Positions 61,398 to 64,000 of a stretch of DNA of 64,000 nt are shown here, piece after piece (within the stretch, counting starts at the first letter, position 1; every line of letters starts with the position of its first letter). Position numbers and translations under genes: made by a program. Source of the DNA: Phoronis australis (lineage: Eukaryota; Animalia; Phoronida). The DNA lies in assembly GCA_002633005.1 (NCBI GenBank), contig NMRA01000150.1, positions 1,976 through 65,975 on the forward strand, written 5' to 3'. Below the pieces are notes generated by a model that saw only the letters and a list, made by a program, of their open reading frames with translations, had not been told where the DNA came from and searched no databases.

Positions 61398-62309
61398 GTG
61401 AGCTTGTTTTATTTGCCACTTTCAGAAAGCCTTTTGAGTGGATTAACTTTCTTTAAAGCAAATTTTGTAGCCATTGATGTCTTGTTATAACCTGTGGTTT
61501 GAGACATGACAAGCTTTGTTTGTTTTGTGACTTTCTTAGCTCAAAGGTTAAATTGTTTGAGGACTAGCAAAGATTAATCTATCTTGGGTTGTGATATAGT
61601 AACATCTGAAGTAGTTTCATACATAGGCCAGAGTGACTACACTGCCACTCTTGAACAGATCTGTGTCTTGAGTATATATATTTAAGTTGTGAAGGCCACG
61701 AGAGCACCAGCCATCCAGGACAAGGTGGGGGTCAACCGATTTTCACCAAATTTGACACATAGGTAGTCCTATGGGATCTGTAAACAGTGGTAAAATATTT
61801 CCCTGAAATACTACATTCTACCAAAGTTATGAGCTCAAATACATTTAACGGCTTCGCAGCCATGTTTTCACGCTGTAAAAACTGTCCAAATTTAACTGTT
61901 TACATTTTCCCTTGAATGAAAGCTGTTGAACTATTATTCACATGGCATTGTTTAGTGATACCAGTAGACTGTTACACAGATGTCTTGAAAAAAAAACCCG
62001 ATTTGCCATTTTGAGGTTATGTTCAATACACTGCTATACCAAATCTGCCCCCACTGCTATGAGAATGAAACTTGGCCAAAATGTTGACAAAACATGTTAC
62101 TAGCGAAGAAATCAAATAGAGAGCATACAATCAACTACAATAAAAAACAATAGATGGCGCAACATGACGGTCCAATCTACAGTAGGACAGTACTGGCTGG
62201 GTCAGTCTGGGTCAACTAGGCATAACCAACACAAAGTGAACTGAAAGCCAGCCAGCTGCGTGCTTGCATAGGTGACCGAAGGAACAACGGTGTCCGAAAG
62301 TCTGAGAAA

Positions 62310-62932
62310 TACGCTCTCGCAGACTTTTTCAAAGGCCATACTTCAAGGAATCCACATGCAAAAATTCACGTCATTTGCTCTTCCCGTTAAAAATGCAACA
62401 CCAGAGTGATTGAAAACATGTGAACATGCGCCACAGCCGCCATTTTGGAAGTGACTTCCGGTTCAATAATTTTTTATAAAAGCTTATTAAACTCAACAAA
62501 CACGTGACCAGTTTGAAAGTGATTGGTTTGCAAATGCGCCCTCTACAGGATAAAACGTTTTTTGCTATATTTCGGGGTGCGCATGCGTCACGTCCAATAT
62601 TTCCGCCATCTTTAACCGGAAGTCAACGATTTTCTGCACAGTTGTAGCACATACGTTCTGGTATATTCGTACCGATTTTCAGCCATGTAGGTCGAAAAAT
62701 GCGGCCTCTACGAGTATTTGACTGTGAAATCGGATACAAAATGGCCGCCACGTCCGCCATTTTGTATCCGATCATGACCAAAAACAATAGCGTTCCAGTA
62801 CTTCCAGATCTACATGTTGTGTGCAAATTTCGTGAAAATCGGACGACAATTGCGACCTGTAGATAGCGAACAAACAAAAAAAAAACTTGCTGTCAGACCA
62901 ACATACTTGGCGGAAGAATTCCGCCAAGTAAA
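62310..62932. mobile_element. Helentron/HINE-like repeat
   Basis: Similar to 28340-28980; terminal hairpin acttggcggaa...ttccgccaagt. Confidence 0.65.
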
Positions 62933-64000
62933 AATTACAGGCTTGGAGCGCTGCTTAGTCTCGTGACGTATTTGGCGGGGGCAAAGTCACTGTCCTGTGT
63001 TAGCGTGCAATCAAGTAGCGTTTTTCATATTGTCGGAATAAGAAATTTTAGTGCAATGTGGACTCTAGCCATCCAGTCAGTCAGCTGTCAGCCAATACTC
63101 CGGCAGCTCTGTAAACTTGAAGGGTTGGTAAGTTACCGACTGTAGCTGTATGAAGACTATCGTACCACTCTGTGTTGAACTCCGTTAACCCCAAAATTTC
63201 AGACAGCCGTTGACTACCCAGGTATAGTTGACTCAGTTATGCTCGTCACCTCGCCGTAAAACTTAGGCTACATCAACATATAAAGCTAACGGACCGGCGG
63301 GGGCGCATGCAAAATCTGGTATACTCACCCGACACTCCCATTGTTCGTTGCAGCCGTTTAAGTGGAAAACAATCAAATAAACGTCATTTGGTAGCATAAT
63401 TTGCCGCCGTTTAACAAAGAAGTGTGTCGTCCGTTTAAAAACAGCACGCTCGTGACACGGCGCACGCGCCATTTCATAAAAATTTGAGACGTCTTTCGGG
63501 ACATGATAACAGCTTCGCAGCACCAAGGTTGTTCAAAAATTCGGTTTGCTGGTGTAAAAATACTAAAAACTTAGAACAAAATGAAACAAGCTCAGATAAT
63601 TTGTTATAACATGTACGCAACCTAGGTACCGTCAGCGACGAACACTTGATAAAAGAATCAGGGGGAAAAGAAACTGGTAAAGGTCAGGTGATGTAATTGC
63701 AAAAAGCCGACTCAAGAGAACACATCACAATTTTACTAGCAGCAGCCGATGAACGATCGCTAACATTTCCAACACCGGTAAACACAGAAGTTAGTTTACT
63801 CTAGGAACCTGGTTCCTAGGTTTACTTAAGGATGACTTAGTTTTAATGTCAGATTTTATTTGTACATTTTTTACCCATATCGGCTTAAACCTGTAGGCCT
63901 ATATCTACACTGAGCTTTGGGCCAAGGCTTGGGTAACCCGGCGATGGTATGCGATGACCATCCCTTTAGAAGACGCCTTTTTCGAAGAGTTTGAGCAACC

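Noticed and set aside
61540-61546. Possible next micro-exon ctcaaag
   Set aside because: Weak donor (gttaaa) and no independent support
61700-61800. Possible Sola2 terminus (gagagc...)
   Set aside because: No partner TIR or TSD found

Overview
Repeat-rich animal genomic DNA (about 40% GC; marine-invertebrate-like, inferred from the transposon families). The one well-supported host gene is a complete 7-exon ZFAND4/ANUBL1 on + (13945-30258; N-terminal ubiquitin-like domain, C-terminal AN1 zinc finger), transcribed divergently from a tRNA-Leu(TAG) gene. The rest is mostly nested transposons. The first 3 kb is a Gypsy/THAP/Gypsy stack whose outer LTR carries a heat-shock-element array. A 14.4-kb AcademX-like DNA transposon with satellite-built inverted arms (41810-56190) hosts an intact Copia with identical LTRs and a decayed Gypsy. 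There are also many MITEs with readable 5-, 6- and 8-bp TSDs, Helentron-type repeats, and Harbinger, Sola-like and LINE relics. The most novel signal is a hand-assembled, unverified micro-exon gene (40320 to beyond 61397) with an in-frame TGA at the position of Sec in Rdx/SelW/SelH-type selenoproteins, but with KNKU in place of CxxU. All calls come from reading the sequence and recalled family motifs; no searches were run.
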